Shown: in pieces, positions 32,135-43,006 of the stretch
Numbering within the stretch: the stretch's first letter is position 1
Layout of the letters: each line of letters starts with the position of its first letter
DNA from: Luteimonas sp.
GTDB lineage: Bacteria; Pseudomonadota; Gammaproteobacteria; Xanthomonadales; Xanthomonadaceae
Direction: 5' to 3'
DNA length: 54,350 bases
NCBI GenBank assembly: GCA_036570525.1
Contig: DATCYC010000302.1
Location: forward strand, 1 to 54,350
Program-made: the position numbers and the translations under genes
The notes under the pieces: generated by a model
What the model saw: the letters and a program-made list of their open reading frames with translations, nothing else
Told to the model about the DNA's origin: nothing
Database searches by the model: none

Positions 32135-33342
32135 GTCCGGACGCCCTGGCCGGCCTCGGCTTCGTCTATTTCGGCAACGACTGGTTCGCCGAGAACAGGA
32201 CCAGCAGCCACCACGTGGCCGCGCGGATCGCGCGGATCGCTCCGCTGCTGTACGTCGATTCGCCGGGCATGCGCAGGCCGGACGGCTCCCGCCGGGACCT
32301 GAAGCGCGGGCTGCGCAAGCTGCTGGCGGCGTTCCGCCGACCGATCCACGTGGAAGGAAACCTCTGGCATTGCACCGTGCCACAGCTGCCGTTCCGCGGG
32401 ATTCCCGGCATGAACGCCTTCAACCGCTGGTTCGGGCAGTTCGCCGTCCGTCGCGCCATGAGGGCCATCGGCCTGGCCGAATGCATTTCCTGGTTCGTGG
32501 TGCCGCATCCGGGTTTCCTCGCCAACCGGCTGGGCGAGTCGCTCAGCGTCTACTACTGCATCGACGACTACGCCGCGCACCCCGGCGTGGACGCGGACCA
32601 TATCGGCAGGCTCGACGCCGGGCTCACCAAGGCCGCGGACCTGGTCTTCGTGGCGCCTCCCACGCTGCTGGAAGCGAAGAAGGCGCTGAACCCGTGCACC
32701 TTCCCCGCCCCGCACGGCGTGGACGCCGGACTGTTCGCCCAGGCCAGCGACCCTGCGACCGAAGTGCCCGGGGCGATCGCGGACATCCGGCATCCGGTCG
32801 TCGGGTACCACGGTTCGATCCACGAATGGATCGACCTTCCGCTGATCGAATGGCTGGCCACGCAGAGGCCGGACTGGACGTTCCTGCTCGTCGGCCACGC
32901 CGCCGTCGACGTCTCCAGGCTCGAGCGCCTGCCCAACGTGGTGCTCGCCGGCGCCCAGCCCTATGCCAGCCTGCCGCGCTGGGCCAGGGCCTACGACGTC
33001 GCCATCATCCCCTACCGGATGACCCGCCAGGTCGCCAACGCCAACCCGCTGAAGCTGCGCGAGTACCTCGCGACCGGAAAGCCGGTCGTCAGCGCCTGGA
33101 ACGCCGAGATCGACAAGTTCTCTCAGTGGATCAGGATCGCCCGGGACCGCCAGGGCTTCCTCGACGCGATCGCCGCCAGCCTCGCCGACGATACCGACCG
33201 CCAGCGGAAAGAGCGGATGGCGGCGGTGGCCTCGCAGACCTGGGAACGGCGTGTCGAGGCCGTACTTGCGGAGGTCCGCCTCGCGCTGGAACGGAAACAC
33301 CCGCGGTCCGCCCGCACCCCACACCCCCATACCGGAAGCTGA
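32131..33342 (+). CDS. Glycosyltransferase, GT-B fold (TuaH-like)
   Basis: YYCIDD, HGVD and NPLKLREYLATGKPVV. Confidence 0.9.
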   Translation: MSPDALAGLGFVYFGNDWFAENRTSSHHVAARIARIAPLLYVDSPGMRRPDGSRRDLKRGLRKLLAAFRRPIHVEGNLWHCTVPQLPFRGIPGMNAFNRWFGQFAVRRAMRAIGLAECISWFVVPHPGFLANRLGESLSVYYCIDDYAAHPGVDADHIGRLDAGLTKAADLVFVAPPTLLEAKKALNPCTFPAPHGVDAGLFAQASDPATEVPGAIADIRHPVVGYHGSIHEWIDLPLIEWLATQRPDWTFLLVGHAAVDVSRLERLPNVVLAGAQPYASLPRWARAYDVAIIPYRMTRQVANANPLKLREYLATGKPVVSAWNAEIDKFSQWIRIARDRQGFLDAIAASLADDTDRQRKERMAAVASQTWERRVEAVLAEVRLALERKHPRSARTPHPHTGS

Positions 33343-33345
33343 AAC

Positions 33346-35403
33346 ATGCCGCTGAACAGGATCCGAGTCGCCGTCGTAGGCGCAGGCTATGTCGCCAACC
33401 ACCACCTGGCGGCACTGGGCTCTGTCGACTTCGTGGAACTCGTGGGCATCTGCGACACCAACCTGGAGGCGGCGCGATCGATGGCCGTGCGCCACTCCAT
33501 CCCGCTGGTCGTTGCCGACCTGGCGGAACTGCTGGAACAGTCGCGCCCGGACGCCGTCCATGTGCTGACGCCCCCGGCCTCCCACGCCGCGATCGCGCTT
33601 GCGGCGATGGAGCACGGCTGCCACGTCCTGGTCGAGAAGCCGATGGCCGACTCGGCGGCGGACTGCGAGGCCATGGTGGCGAAGGCGCGCGAGAAGAACG
33701 TGCTGCTGGGCGTCAACCACTCGGACCTGTTCGACCCGATGATCCGCAAGGCCCTCGACCTGGTCGAGGAGGGTCGCATCGGCAAGGTACTGGCAGTGGA
33801 CATCCTGCGCAGCTCCGACTATCCGGCCTATTCCGGCGGGCCGCTGCCGAAACTGGTGACACAGGGCTCCTACCCATTCCGCGACCTAGGGGTGCACGGC
33901 CTGTACACGATCGAAGCCTTCGCCGGCGAGGTTTCCGGACTCGAGGTCTCGTATTCGTCGACTGGCGCCAACCCGTCGCTGCAGTTCGATGAATGGAGGG
34001 CCTCGATGAGGGCGGGCGATGCGCAGGGCCGGCTGCTGCTGTCCTGGAACGCCAGGCCGATGGAGAACAGGCTCGAGGTGCGCGGCACCGGCGGCAGGAT
34101 CGAGATCGACAGGTTCCTGCAGGTCTGCCGCCTGCATCGCAACTTCCCGGGACCGAAGTTCGTCGGCGTCGCCCTCAACGCCATGCTCAACGCGGCCATG
34201 GACCTGGTGAGGATCCCGTGGAACATCCTCCGCTTCCTGACCGGGTCGCTGGCGCCCTCGCCCGGCATACGCCGCGGCGCGATCGAGTTCGCCGACGCAG
34301 TGCGCGACCACGCCAACCCGCCGTTTCCCGGCGAGGCCGGCCTGCGCCTGGCCAGGCTGCTGGATCCCGCCTGCGCCGCGCCGGACGCCGCCCGCCTGGA
34401 GCAGTTGCGGCAGCGCCATGTGCCGCTTCCGCCCGCGTCCGTACTGGTCACCGGCGCGAACGGGTTCCTCGGAAGCGCCCTGCTGGAGGCGCTCCGGGCC
34501 CGCGGGACGGCCATCCGGATCCTGGTCCGGCGCCCGCCACCGGCGGGACGCCATGGCGACGATGTCCAGGTGGTCGTTGGCGACCTCGGCGATCCGGACA
34601 TCGTTTCCCATGCCGTGCGCGGCGTCGAAGCGGTCTACCACGTCGGCGCGAGCATGCGTGGATCGGCCGGGGACTTCGAGGCGGGCACGGTCTGGGGCAC
34701 AAGGAACGTGGTCCGCGCCTGCAGGGAACACGGCGTCAGGAAACTGGTCTACGTCAGTTCGATGGGCGTGCTCGACCATGCAGGCCGGAAACCGGGCATG
34801 GCGGTGACCGAAGACTATCCGGTCGAACCCCATCCCGACCTCCGCGGCGCATACACCCGGACCAAGCTCGCGGCCGAGCGGGAGGTGCTGGATGCGATCC
34901 GCGACCATGCCCTCCCGGCCGTGATCATCCGGCCGGGACAGATCTTCGGCCCCGGCGCGGAAAGGAGCACGCCCAACGGCGTGGTCTCGCTCGCCGGACG
35001 CTGGGTCGCCGTCGGCAGCGGCAGGCGCACGATCCCGCTGGTTTACGTGGACGACGTCGTGGACGCGATTGTGCTGGCCGCGGAGAAGGACCCGGCAAAC
35101 GGCGGCATCTTCCACATCGTCGACCCGGACCACATCACCCAGCAGGAGTACCTCGCGCATGCCGCGAAGCATTTTGGCGGGAAGCCGCGGATCACCCGGG
35201 TTCCGCAGTGGCTCTTCATGACGCTGGCAACGGCTCTGGAGGCCTTGGGCAAGGTGATCGGCCGGGACATGCCGCTGACCAGATACCGGGTCCGCTCGCT
35301 CAGGCCGCTGGCGGATGTCGACGTTTCCCGCGCCGAGGCCGGCCTGGGATGGAAGCCGACGGTGGGCCTGCGCGAGGGGCTCCGGCGGACCTTCGGCGGC
35401 TGA
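33346..35403 (+). CDS. Fusion of Gfo/Idh/MocA oxidoreductase and NAD-dependent epimerase/dehydratase (extended SDR)
   Basis: N-half VGAG, VEKPMA and DLGVH; C-half TGANGFLG, YVSS, YTRTK and RPGQIFGP. Confidence 0.9.
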   Translation: MPLNRIRVAVVGAGYVANHHLAALGSVDFVELVGICDTNLEAARSMAVRHSIPLVVADLAELLEQSRPDAVHVLTPPASHAAIALAAMEHGCHVLVEKPMADSAADCEAMVAKAREKNVLLGVNHSDLFDPMIRKALDLVEEGRIGKVLAVDILRSSDYPAYSGGPLPKLVTQGSYPFRDLGVHGLYTIEAFAGEVSGLEVSYSSTGANPSLQFDEWRASMRAGDAQGRLLLSWNARPMENRLEVRGTGGRIEIDRFLQVCRLHRNFPGPKFVGVALNAMLNAAMDLVRIPWNILRFLTGSLAPSPGIRRGAIEFADAVRDHANPPFPGEAGLRLARLLDPACAAPDAARLEQLRQRHVPLPPASVLVTGANGFLGSALLEALRARGTAIRILVRRPPPAGRHGDDVQVVVGDLGDPDIVSHAVRGVEAVYHVGASMRGSAGDFEAGTVWGTRNVVRACREHGVRKLVYVSSMGVLDHAGRKPGMAVTEDYPVEPHPDLRGAYTRTKLAAEREVLDAIRDHALPAVIIRPGQIFGPGAERSTPNGVVSLAGRWVAVGSGRRTIPLVYVDDVVDAIVLAAEKDPANGGIFHIVDPDHITQQEYLAHAAKHFGGKPRITRVPQWLFMTLATALEALGKVIGRDMPLTRYRVRSLRPLADVDVSRAEAGLGWKPTVGLREGLRRTFGG

Positions 35404-35452
35404 CCGGCAGCGCGCCTGGCCGCCACCTCCGGTCGGCAACCGGCCCCGCGCC

Positions 35453-36391
35453 CTATGCAACCAGTAACGGCTTGCGCGCTATGAAGTCCACGCTGGTGAT
35501 GCAGAGCTTCTCCGGCGGAACGTCGGCGAACTGTGGGTGCACGGGCACCCCGGAAAGCTGCCTCAGCCGCTCGGGCCGGGCCTTGGCCGTGTTCAGCTCG
35601 ATGTCGAAGCCGCGCTCGGCTGCGGAGTCGACGAAGCAATGCGCGCGCAGCCGGTTCTGGTACAGGAAGGCGTTGTCCCAGAACCGCCACTGCCGGTCGG
35701 AATACTTCAGGTAGTGCAACTGGTGGATGCTGCGGTCGACGTAGGCATAGTGGTCGCCGCAGTTGACCGAGTGGAACATGATGCCGCCGGGCGCGAGTAT
35801 GCGCATCGCCTCCCGGTACATGGTGTCGATCGCCGCCTCGGGCACGTGTTCGAGCACGCTGTTCGAGAACACCACGTCGACCTCGCCGTCGCCCAGCGCG
35901 GTGCTCGCGGCATCGGCCGGCGCGTGGTAGTCGATGACCCCGCCACTGGCGGCCGTGGGCTCTTCGCCGCCGCGGGTTCGTTCGCGCAGCGCATGGTAGC
36001 GCTGCGCCACCGCGTCCGGATCCGCGCCGGCGGCCTCGGCGATCACCGGCAGGAACTTCTCCAGTTCCTCCACACAGGCGCGCGTGAGGTCCTCGCGCAG
36101 GTGCGGATTGAGATCGCAGGTGGTGATCTTCCTTGCCCCGGCCAGATAGCAGGCGAACGGAAAGGTCGGATACCAGCCCGTTCCGATCTCGAAGCCCCGC
36201 ATCCGCGAGAAGTCGACGCCCGCGTTGCGAAGATGCCTGGCCATGATCGCCCAGTCGTCCACCTTCACCGACAGTTCGCGCTCGAAGCTCCGCAAGCCAC
36301 CGAACCGGCGCTGCAGGTGGAAGTGCAGCATCGCACCGCCGGGGATGGTGCCAAGCACCTTCTGGATGATCCCTTTGACTCGCCAGTGCAT
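35453..36391 (-). CDS. Class I SAM-dependent methyltransferase
   Basis: EIGTGW motif I, DVVFSNSVLEHV and RILAPGG. Confidence 0.9.
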   Translation of the reverse strand: MHWRVKGIIQKVLGTIPGGAMLHFHLQRRFGGLRSFERELSVKVDDWAIMARHLRNAGVDFSRMRGFEIGTGWYPTFPFACYLAGARKITTCDLNPHLREDLTRACVEELEKFLPVIAEAAGADPDAVAQRYHALRERTRGGEEPTAASGGVIDYHAPADAASTALGDGEVDVVFSNSVLEHVPEAAIDTMYREAMRILAPGGIMFHSVNCGDHYAYVDRSIHQLHYLKYSDRQWRFWDNAFLYQNRLRAHCFVDSAAERGFDIELNTAKARPERLRQLSGVPVHPQFADVPPEKLCITSVDFIARKPLLVA

Positions 36392-36634
36392 CGCTGTTTC
36401 CGTACTGAAGGGTCCGGCCGGGCTCCGGGCTCGCTCCGGGGTACCTAAGACGTATTACGCAGGCAGTGGCCGGCAACGGCCACGTCCGGCCCGGCCCGCG
36501 CGCCGTCCCGGGCGTGCGGGCACGCGCCAGGCGGCCGCTTTCGCCTTCCGTTTCCGTCTTCACATGATGTCGGTGCAGCGCGCGACCCGCCCCCGGGAGC
36601 CACCCGGAACACACCCCAGCCCAGGAGCTTCGAG

Positions 36635-37636
36635 ATGGATCCGGTCGTCACCATCATCGTCACGCCGAGGGACCGCTACTCCGGCCTGGACGAATGCATC
36701 GACAGCGTCTACCGGCACACGCAGGAACCGTTCCGGCTGTGGATCTTGGATCTCGACTACCCGGCATCGATCATCGATCCCGTGCGCAAACGATTGCTGG
36801 GCCGTACCGAGGCCAGGTTTTTCGAACTCGGACTGCGCACGCCGATGGACGCCCTGCGTGAAGCGCAGCCGCTGACGGACACCCCTGCCGTGGTTCTGCT
36901 CGACAACGATTCAAGGGTCACCGAAGGCTGGCTCCCGCCGCTGCTCGCAGCCATGGCCGACGGCCATGCCGTGGTTACGCCACTCATCCTGGAGCGCGAG
37001 GGCGTCGATCGCGGCGCTGCGCTGCGCAACCACCTCTACACCGGCGAACTGCGCGTGGTCGACGTGGAGGACACGCCTTACCTCATCGAGCACAAGCACC
37101 TGCGGCGCGCCGAGCTTCCGGATATCCCCGACCAACGCTCGGAGACCGGCACATTCGAACTGCACTGTGTGCTGTTCGACGGCGACCTGTTCAGGCGCAT
37201 CGAACTGCCGTCGATGGTGATCCGCGAACACCTCGACATCTCGCTGCAGGTTGCGGCAATGGACAGGACCATGGCGGTCGAACCGAAGTCGGTGGTCCAT
37301 TTCGACAATCTCGGCACGCGGATGACGCTGCCGGACATGCGCTTCTTCTTCTACCGCTGGGGTCGGAAACTGACCACCCCGTCGTCGCGCTTGTTCGAGC
37401 GGCGCTGGGGCTACAACTTCTATTCCGAGCAGTCGATGTACAACTGGGTGGTGCGGCGCAAGGCCTTCCTGGTCTCGCGCTGGCTGGGCGCCCCGATCAG
37501 CATCGCCAATCGCGCGACGCAGGTAGTGAAGAAGCTCTTCTGCAGGGACTGGGACCCCCTGCCCGACCCGGACGCGGCCTCACGACCGCTGCTGGCCGGC
37601 GGCGTTCCACCGCAGCGCAGCCATGACCTGAGGTGA
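36635..37636 (+). CDS. Glycosyltransferase-like protein, GT2/GT-A fold
   Basis: VTIIVTPRD, LLDND (DXD), GWLPPL and REHLD. AGGAG RBS. Confidence 0.8.
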   Translation: MDPVVTIIVTPRDRYSGLDECIDSVYRHTQEPFRLWILDLDYPASIIDPVRKRLLGRTEARFFELGLRTPMDALREAQPLTDTPAVVLLDNDSRVTEGWLPPLLAAMADGHAVVTPLILEREGVDRGAALRNHLYTGELRVVDVEDTPYLIEHKHLRRAELPDIPDQRSETGTFELHCVLFDGDLFRRIELPSMVIREHLDISLQVAAMDRTMAVEPKSVVHFDNLGTRMTLPDMRFFFYRWGRKLTTPSSRLFERRWGYNFYSEQSMYNWVVRRKAFLVSRWLGAPISIANRATQVVKKLFCRDWDPLPDPDAASRPLLAGGVPPQRSHDLR

Positions 37637-37850
37637 ACACGTTGGCCGGACTGCGAAGCCGCCATTTCGAACCACGGACCGATTTCGCGGAACTCGATCC
37701 CGCTCCGATCAACAACCACACGCGCCATCAGGCGGCTGCGGCAATACCGCGAGCGGCAGTAGCTGGAGCGGATCGACGAACTCTGGCTCGGCGCTGCACC
37801 AGGAAACTGAAGCGGAAGGCGTAGGGCCGACTTGATGCCGTTCGACCGCG

Positions 37851-39620
37851 CTATTCCCACCGGTCTTCAACGGTCCGCAGCCATGCCCGGAAACCGCGCC
37901 ACCACAACAGCGCCCTCGGCGTGATCCACAACACGCGCTCGGCCGCGGCCCCTTTGCCTTGGGCGGGTTCCGGCGGCTGCGTCCCCCCGGCGCCGGTCGC
38001 CGTCGCGGCAATGGCCGGCGCCTCGGCGGATGCGCCGACGCTCGGCTGCGGCGCGGCCGGCGGAAGGAGCGGGCGCGCGCCGTTCATGGGCCTCGGAGAC
38101 GTGGCCAGGGCGCAGTTCGTCGGCGGCTGCAACGGCCAGCCATTACCAGGGCGCCACCCGGTCAACATGCAACCGTTGCGATAGACGATGACTTCCTGGT
38201 TGCTGGCGACGTTGGGGAATCGATGGACAGGCCCACCGTTCGGGAAACGGACCTCCAGGTCGACCGTCTGGTAGCCGGCAAGCCCGGTATGCAGGTGGGT
38301 CTGGGGATGCTGCTCACCAACAGCCACATCCAGGTGCGACACCAGCTGGCTCGTACCCGGACGATACCAGCGCACGCTGGCACCGACGCCGTCACTGTTG
38401 CCGCCGCCGCCACGTACGCGCACCTTCATCCAGCGGTTGCCCTCGGTATCGACCGTGTTTCGCCAAAGGCCGATGTTGCTCGGGAACTGGGTCTTGATGA
38501 TGTCCAGCCGGCCGTCGTTGTCGAAGTCGGCGACGTCCGCGCGCGGCTTGGCCGATTGCCACCCGTCCGGACCTTCCCCGGATGCGGGACCGAAACTGGT
38601 GGCAGTGGACGCGGTGAAGGTCATGTTGCCGTTGTTGCGATACAGCCTGACCGAGTCCGAGACTCCGGCCACCAGCAGATCCTGTTGCCCATCGTTGTCG
38701 AAGTCGGCGGCGATGATGTTGCCGTAGTCACTCGCCGCCACGTCTGCCAGCCCCGAGCCGGCGGACACGTCGGTGAATCCACCCGAACCATTGTTCCGGT
38801 AAAGCAACCCCTGCGTGCTGTTGCTGAACTTCGGGCCATCGAGCAGGAACAGGTCGAGATCGCCGTCGTTGTCGAAGTCGGCCAACAGGATCTGCATGCT
38901 CCTGCCGCCCGAGAACGCGGGCACGTCGACCCACGTCAAAGTACCGCCGTCGTTGCGCCAGTACCCGCCGTTGGCCGGCTGCACGATGTCGGGCCAGCCG
39001 TTGCCGGTGACATCGCCGACCACCTGATAAGCGTTGTCGCCGGACGCTGGCCGCAGCTCTGCCCCTGCCATGTTCGACACCACACGGCGTTCGTTGACTA
39101 CCTCGAGGTTGCCGCCTCCGGTGAAATCCGCGAATGCGCAGTAGCCGACGCAGCCATTCTCCTTCCTGGCGAAATGGGGCATGAAGGACCCGCCGGTCGA
39201 ATCGTTCACGTAGCGGGCGCTCATCACGAAGCCACCAGGGCGCCCCCAGAAATCCTGCTTGCCGTCGCCGTTGAAATCCAGCCTCGTGACCCAGCCGGAC
39301 ATGATGGGCTGGCCGTCGATGAAGTACCTGGCCTCGTCATTCGGAACGTACTGGAAACTGCCACTGCCGTCGCAACGATTGTTCCAGAGGCGCGAAGTCG
39401 CACCAAGATCGCTATGCGACAGGATGAATGCATCCTGGCAACCGTCGCTGTTGAAGTCGACGAATACCGCGTCGAAGCGATAGGCCGAGTCGTGCAGCGC
39501 GTCGATCCGCTGCGATGTCTCGTTGACGAACGTCAGTGGCCCCGCCGCCCGCGCGTCCAGGCTCGCACCGGCGGCGGTGAATAACAACGGGATTGCGATC
39601 GATAAGTAATGTGGTTTCAT
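37851..39620 (-). CDS. Secreted FG-GAP repeat / CRTAC1-ASPIC-UnbV-like protein with conserved C-terminal tail
   Basis: Signal peptide, about seven D-[FV]-[DNT]-x-[DNG]-G-x-x-[DE] Ca-binding repeats, and an ASPIC/UnbV-like segment (NSDGVGA...HTGL...VRFP). ATGA overlap with the upstream gene. Confidence 0.88.
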   Translation of the reverse strand: MKPHYLSIAIPLLFTAAGASLDARAAGPLTFVNETSQRIDALHDSAYRFDAVFVDFNSDGCQDAFILSHSDLGATSRLWNNRCDGSGSFQYVPNDEARYFIDGQPIMSGWVTRLDFNGDGKQDFWGRPGGFVMSARYVNDSTGGSFMPHFARKENGCVGYCAFADFTGGGNLEVVNERRVVSNMAGAELRPASGDNAYQVVGDVTGNGWPDIVQPANGGYWRNDGGTLTWVDVPAFSGGRSMQILLADFDNDGDLDLFLLDGPKFSNSTQGLLYRNNGSGGFTDVSAGSGLADVAASDYGNIIAADFDNDGQQDLLVAGVSDSVRLYRNNGNMTFTASTATSFGPASGEGPDGWQSAKPRADVADFDNDGRLDIIKTQFPSNIGLWRNTVDTEGNRWMKVRVRGGGGNSDGVGASVRWYRPGTSQLVSHLDVAVGEQHPQTHLHTGLAGYQTVDLEVRFPNGGPVHRFPNVASNQEVIVYRNGCMLTGWRPGNGWPLQPPTNCALATSPRPMNGARPLLPPAAPQPSVGASAEAPAIAATATGAGGTQPPEPAQGKGAAAERVLWITPRALLWWRGFRAWLRTVEDRWE

Positions 39621-41272
39621 TGCGTGAGCAGCCATGTGAACTCCGGGTTTCGATTCTGCCAATTGAACGCGCGCGCGGTATGCGATACCGCCGCGCAGTC
39701 GGGGTTGAGGTGTCTGGCCAACTGGTCCGCGCGCGCCGACAGGCGCCGGCGTCGCTCGGGGTTGGTCTCGAAATGGCGCGCCGCGGCGATGGCCATCAAC
39801 AGCTCGGGGTTGTGCGCGTCCGACCCGTAGCCTTCGCTATCCTGGATGCTGACGAGCTTTTCGAGCGGTGCGGTGGCCGAGGAGAAGTACCAGCCGACGA
39901 TACCGCCGGCGCTGCATGAAGATCTCCAGCGACCGGCAAGCTCGTCCGGCACGAAACCGTGCTGGTCGAGGTAGTGGCTGAAGTCGCGCAGCATCACGGG
40001 GATGCGTTCGTCATGCGTCACCAGCCAGGCGCGCCAGAGTCCGCCGACGATGTTCGCGCTCATCCACGGCGATGCGCCGCGAACGTCGGTCGCCGGGTCG
40101 TAGCTTTCGCCCTCGTGCGCCTGCCAGGAATGGGTCCAGGCACCGGTAACCGGATCGCCTTCGGGCGGCGCCTGCTGGTGGTCGAACAGCCAGCCCAGCA
40201 ACTCGTCGATGTGCTGCTTCGTTGCCGGGGAACCAGTGAGTTCGTAAGCCGAAACCAGGTGTTCCAGCGCCAAACCGTTGTGCCTCTCCGTCCACCACTG
40301 CCCGGCGCCCTTGTATGGGCCCAGCGGCGACGACCACCCACCCTTGACCTGGTTGTCGACCATATGCCGTACGGTGGCGTCGTCGAGGCGGGTATCGTCA
40401 CCGGCCAAGGCCACCAGCAACAGTTGGGGAGTCACGTAGCTGTACTTGGCATCGCAGGCGTTGACGCCGTCGAACTCCCAGCCGCCAGTGCAGTCTGGCC
40501 AGCCGCCGCCGCGCCCCTCGGTCTTGATATGTGACAGGTAGAACGTCGCCGAGTTGTAGAACTCGGCGAAGAACTCGGGCCGCCCATTGCGCACGTACTG
40601 GAAGCCGATCACCGACGGACGGTCGAACAGGAATCCGTGGTTCCCGGCATAGGGAACATCCCTGGCCCACTGCCACTGGCGGTCGACATAGCGGTCGTAG
40701 GCCCGTTCGCCGTCGTACGCCAGCTGGTGCCCCGCGATGCGCGAATGAACCAGCCACTGCGGATCGAGCGTGGCAATCACGCGCGGAACCGGCGCATCCA
40801 TCTTCCCGGGCCGCGTGCCGTGGTCATACGGTTCTTCGCCGATCGACTCCGTGCGCGGCTGGTCGGTGCGGAATCCGTATCCCTGCCGCGGATCGGCGAA
40901 AAACTGCACCTTGACTGCACGGATGCTGTCGTCGAGCCAGTGCCAGCGAAGCGTCGGCTTCACGAATGCAGGCACTTCCACGCCGTTGCCGTCGACGATG
41001 CGCACCAGCGCGGCGTCGGTCAGCTCGCCGGGCGCGAACGGAATCCCCAGACTGACCAGTTCACGGTCACCAACCTCGGCGTTTGGCGTCAGCGTGATGG
41101 TGCGGGGTAACGACGGCCGGGGCGATGCCCCGGCCGTCACCGATGCCTCTTCAAGCACCACCTGCGCGGCATTCTGGCAGCTCGCGATCCCGGGCAGCGC
41201 GACGAGCGCGCACAGCCCAAGGAGCCGCGGAACGGCGCGATGGGTGCCAAGATTGTGGTGGAACGATTTCAC
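39617..41272 (-). CDS. Putative lipoprotein with PcRGLX/YetA-like N-terminal domain and helical catalytic-type domain
   Basis: Lipobox IASC. VSLGIPFAPGEL...DGNGVEVPA...RW...DDSIR resembles the N-terminus of PL26/YetA-like proteins. Start uncertain (GTG 41272 chosen). Confidence 0.65.
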   Translation of the reverse strand: MKSFHHNLGTHRAVPRLLGLCALVALPGIASCQNAAQVVLEEASVTAGASPRPSLPRTITLTPNAEVGDRELVSLGIPFAPGELTDAALVRIVDGNGVEVPAFVKPTLRWHWLDDSIRAVKVQFFADPRQGYGFRTDQPRTESIGEEPYDHGTRPGKMDAPVPRVIATLDPQWLVHSRIAGHQLAYDGERAYDRYVDRQWQWARDVPYAGNHGFLFDRPSVIGFQYVRNGRPEFFAEFYNSATFYLSHIKTEGRGGGWPDCTGGWEFDGVNACDAKYSYVTPQLLLVALAGDDTRLDDATVRHMVDNQVKGGWSSPLGPYKGAGQWWTERHNGLALEHLVSAYELTGSPATKQHIDELLGWLFDHQQAPPEGDPVTGAWTHSWQAHEGESYDPATDVRGASPWMSANIVGGLWRAWLVTHDERIPVMLRDFSHYLDQHGFVPDELAGRWRSSCSAGGIVGWYFSSATAPLEKLVSIQDSEGYGSDAHNPELLMAIAAARHFETNPERRRRLSARADQLARHLNPDCAAVSHTARAFNWQNRNPEFTWLLTQ

Positions 41273-41538
41273 GGATACAGGTCTCCCGCCGCCACGCGCC
41301 CAAGCTTCAAACGGGCAATGCGGCCAGTTCCCCCCAGCGCGAGAGTATAGGGAGACAGGCCTCTCATATACCGTTGAGGCCAGCACCTGTGCGATGAAAG
41401 TCACGCTTCGCGGTCAGGAACCGGACAGGTTTCGCCGGATGCTGACGCTGATGTCCCTGACCAGGCACCGATCCGGTGCCATGGGCCGGACCGGGACGAG
41501 GCGGCACGGGGGCCGCCCTGGGGATGGGCAGGCGGGCG

Positions 41539-42645
41539 CTAAAGGCGCTTGTAGGTTTGGAGATAGTCCTGCGCGTAGCGTCGCTGGCTGAACTGTTGGT
41601 GCGCGTGCTCGGTCGCCTGCCTGGTAAACGCCTGCCGAAGATCATCGTCGGCCACCAGCTCATCCAGGGCGTCCGCCAGCCCATCGACCGTCGCCGCGGG
41701 GGCCAGGCGTCCCGTCTGCCGATCGAGCACCACCTCGGGAATGCCGCCGACACGCGCCGCCACCACAGGCACCCCGCAGGCCTGGGCCTCGGCAAGCACC
41801 AGCCCGAAGGCCTCGCGTCGCGCGCCGTGCAGCAGGACGTCGAATCCCGGGAACCAGCGCTCGGGGTCGGTCTGGAAACCGACGAAACCGATACGGGCGG
41901 CGAACTCCGGCGCGACCAGCGATCGCATTTCCGATTCCTGGGCGGGGTCGCCGCGGCCCAGCACCAGCAGCCGGGCATCGCGTCCCGGGTTGCGCCGGAG
42001 GAACGCCTGGAACGCGCCGATTGCGAGATCGACACCCTTGTCGGCACCGAAATGGCCCACGGTGCCGAGCAGCAGCGTTCCCTCATCCGCCCCCGCCAGG
42101 CGCCGGGTACGCTCGCGCATGGCGGGATCGGGCCTGAACCGATCCAGATCGATGCCGAGCGGGATGCACGACACCTTGCCTGCGCTGACATAGTTGTTGT
42201 CGATGTAGTGTTGCCGCCTCTCCTGCGAAGCAGTCACCACCGCAGCCACGCGCAGGCCCACCAGCGCATTGCGCACGCGATCCCGGAAGTGCGCCGTCTC
42301 GATGCTGCGGGTCCGGTGGAAGGTCATCAGGATGGCGGGGCCGCGCCAAGGCATCGCCAGCGAGGCCATGGCCTCGCTGGCAGCGTCGTGCGCGTGCACT
42401 ACGTCAATAGCGTGCGCGCGGCAGTAGGCCGCCAGACGTCGGAGCGCCACGAGGTCAAGCATGCCGTTGCGTTCAAGGCTGAAGCTGCCGTTGAACAGAT
42501 CGCGCTCGACCGGTTCGGAGCCAAACTCATCCAGGCATCCCAAATAGCTGCCGACGCCAAGGTCACGCAGCCCCCGCGCCAGGGCCGCGATCGCCTCGCG
42601 CCGGCCGCCATTGCTGTACGACAGGGTCAGGTGCAGGACGTTCAT
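41539..42645 (-). CDS. Glycosyltransferase, GT4 family
   Basis: MNVLHL...GGRR, KGVD and EAFGLVLAEA (EX7E). Start trimmed to ATG 42645. Confidence 0.92.
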   Translation of the reverse strand: MNVLHLTLSYSNGGRREAIAALARGLRDLGVGSYLGCLDEFGSEPVERDLFNGSFSLERNGMLDLVALRRLAAYCRAHAIDVVHAHDAASEAMASLAMPWRGPAILMTFHRTRSIETAHFRDRVRNALVGLRVAAVVTASQERRQHYIDNNYVSAGKVSCIPLGIDLDRFRPDPAMRERTRRLAGADEGTLLLGTVGHFGADKGVDLAIGAFQAFLRRNPGRDARLLVLGRGDPAQESEMRSLVAPEFAARIGFVGFQTDPERWFPGFDVLLHGARREAFGLVLAEAQACGVPVVAARVGGIPEVVLDRQTGRLAPAATVDGLADALDELVADDDLRQAFTRQATEHAHQQFSQRRYAQDYLQTYKRL

Positions 42646-43006
42646 CTGGCCAACCACCGGCCCGGCCCGGCGACGGGGGTGGGGGCGAGTGAGGTGCTGG
42701 CAGGAGTTGGGGGAAATGGGATGGAAGCGAAAGTCATGCCGGGGAATGGTTGCCAGGTTGTATCCATCACGCACGAAGTTCCGGCACACCCGGTCCTTTA
42801 CACCTCCGAACGCAGAGCCGCGCCGGAACCGGCCGGCGCCGTCGGCCGGTGGCCGCGTTTCGCTACCGATCACGTACCCATAAAGGGTGTTTGCCGCTCA
42901 TGAGTCACCTTCAACCTCCCAAAGTGGTCGCGACCTGAAGGCGTCTTGTAAATTCGAGGTGATTCAACACAACATTCGGCACGCCTTCAAAGAAGAGGCC
43001 TTTCGC

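Noticed and set aside
37851-37935. Trp-rich C-terminal tails read as PEP-CTERM or GlyGly-CTERM signals
   Set aside because: There is no PEP or GG motif and no uninterrupted TM helix with a basic cluster. They are reported instead as a distinct candidate motif.
38490-39470. Recurring GTCGAAGTCGGC / CCGTCGTTGTCG nucleotide repeats
   Set aside because: They reflect the coding of FG-GAP DFDNDG repeats, not CRISPR or a DNA-level element.
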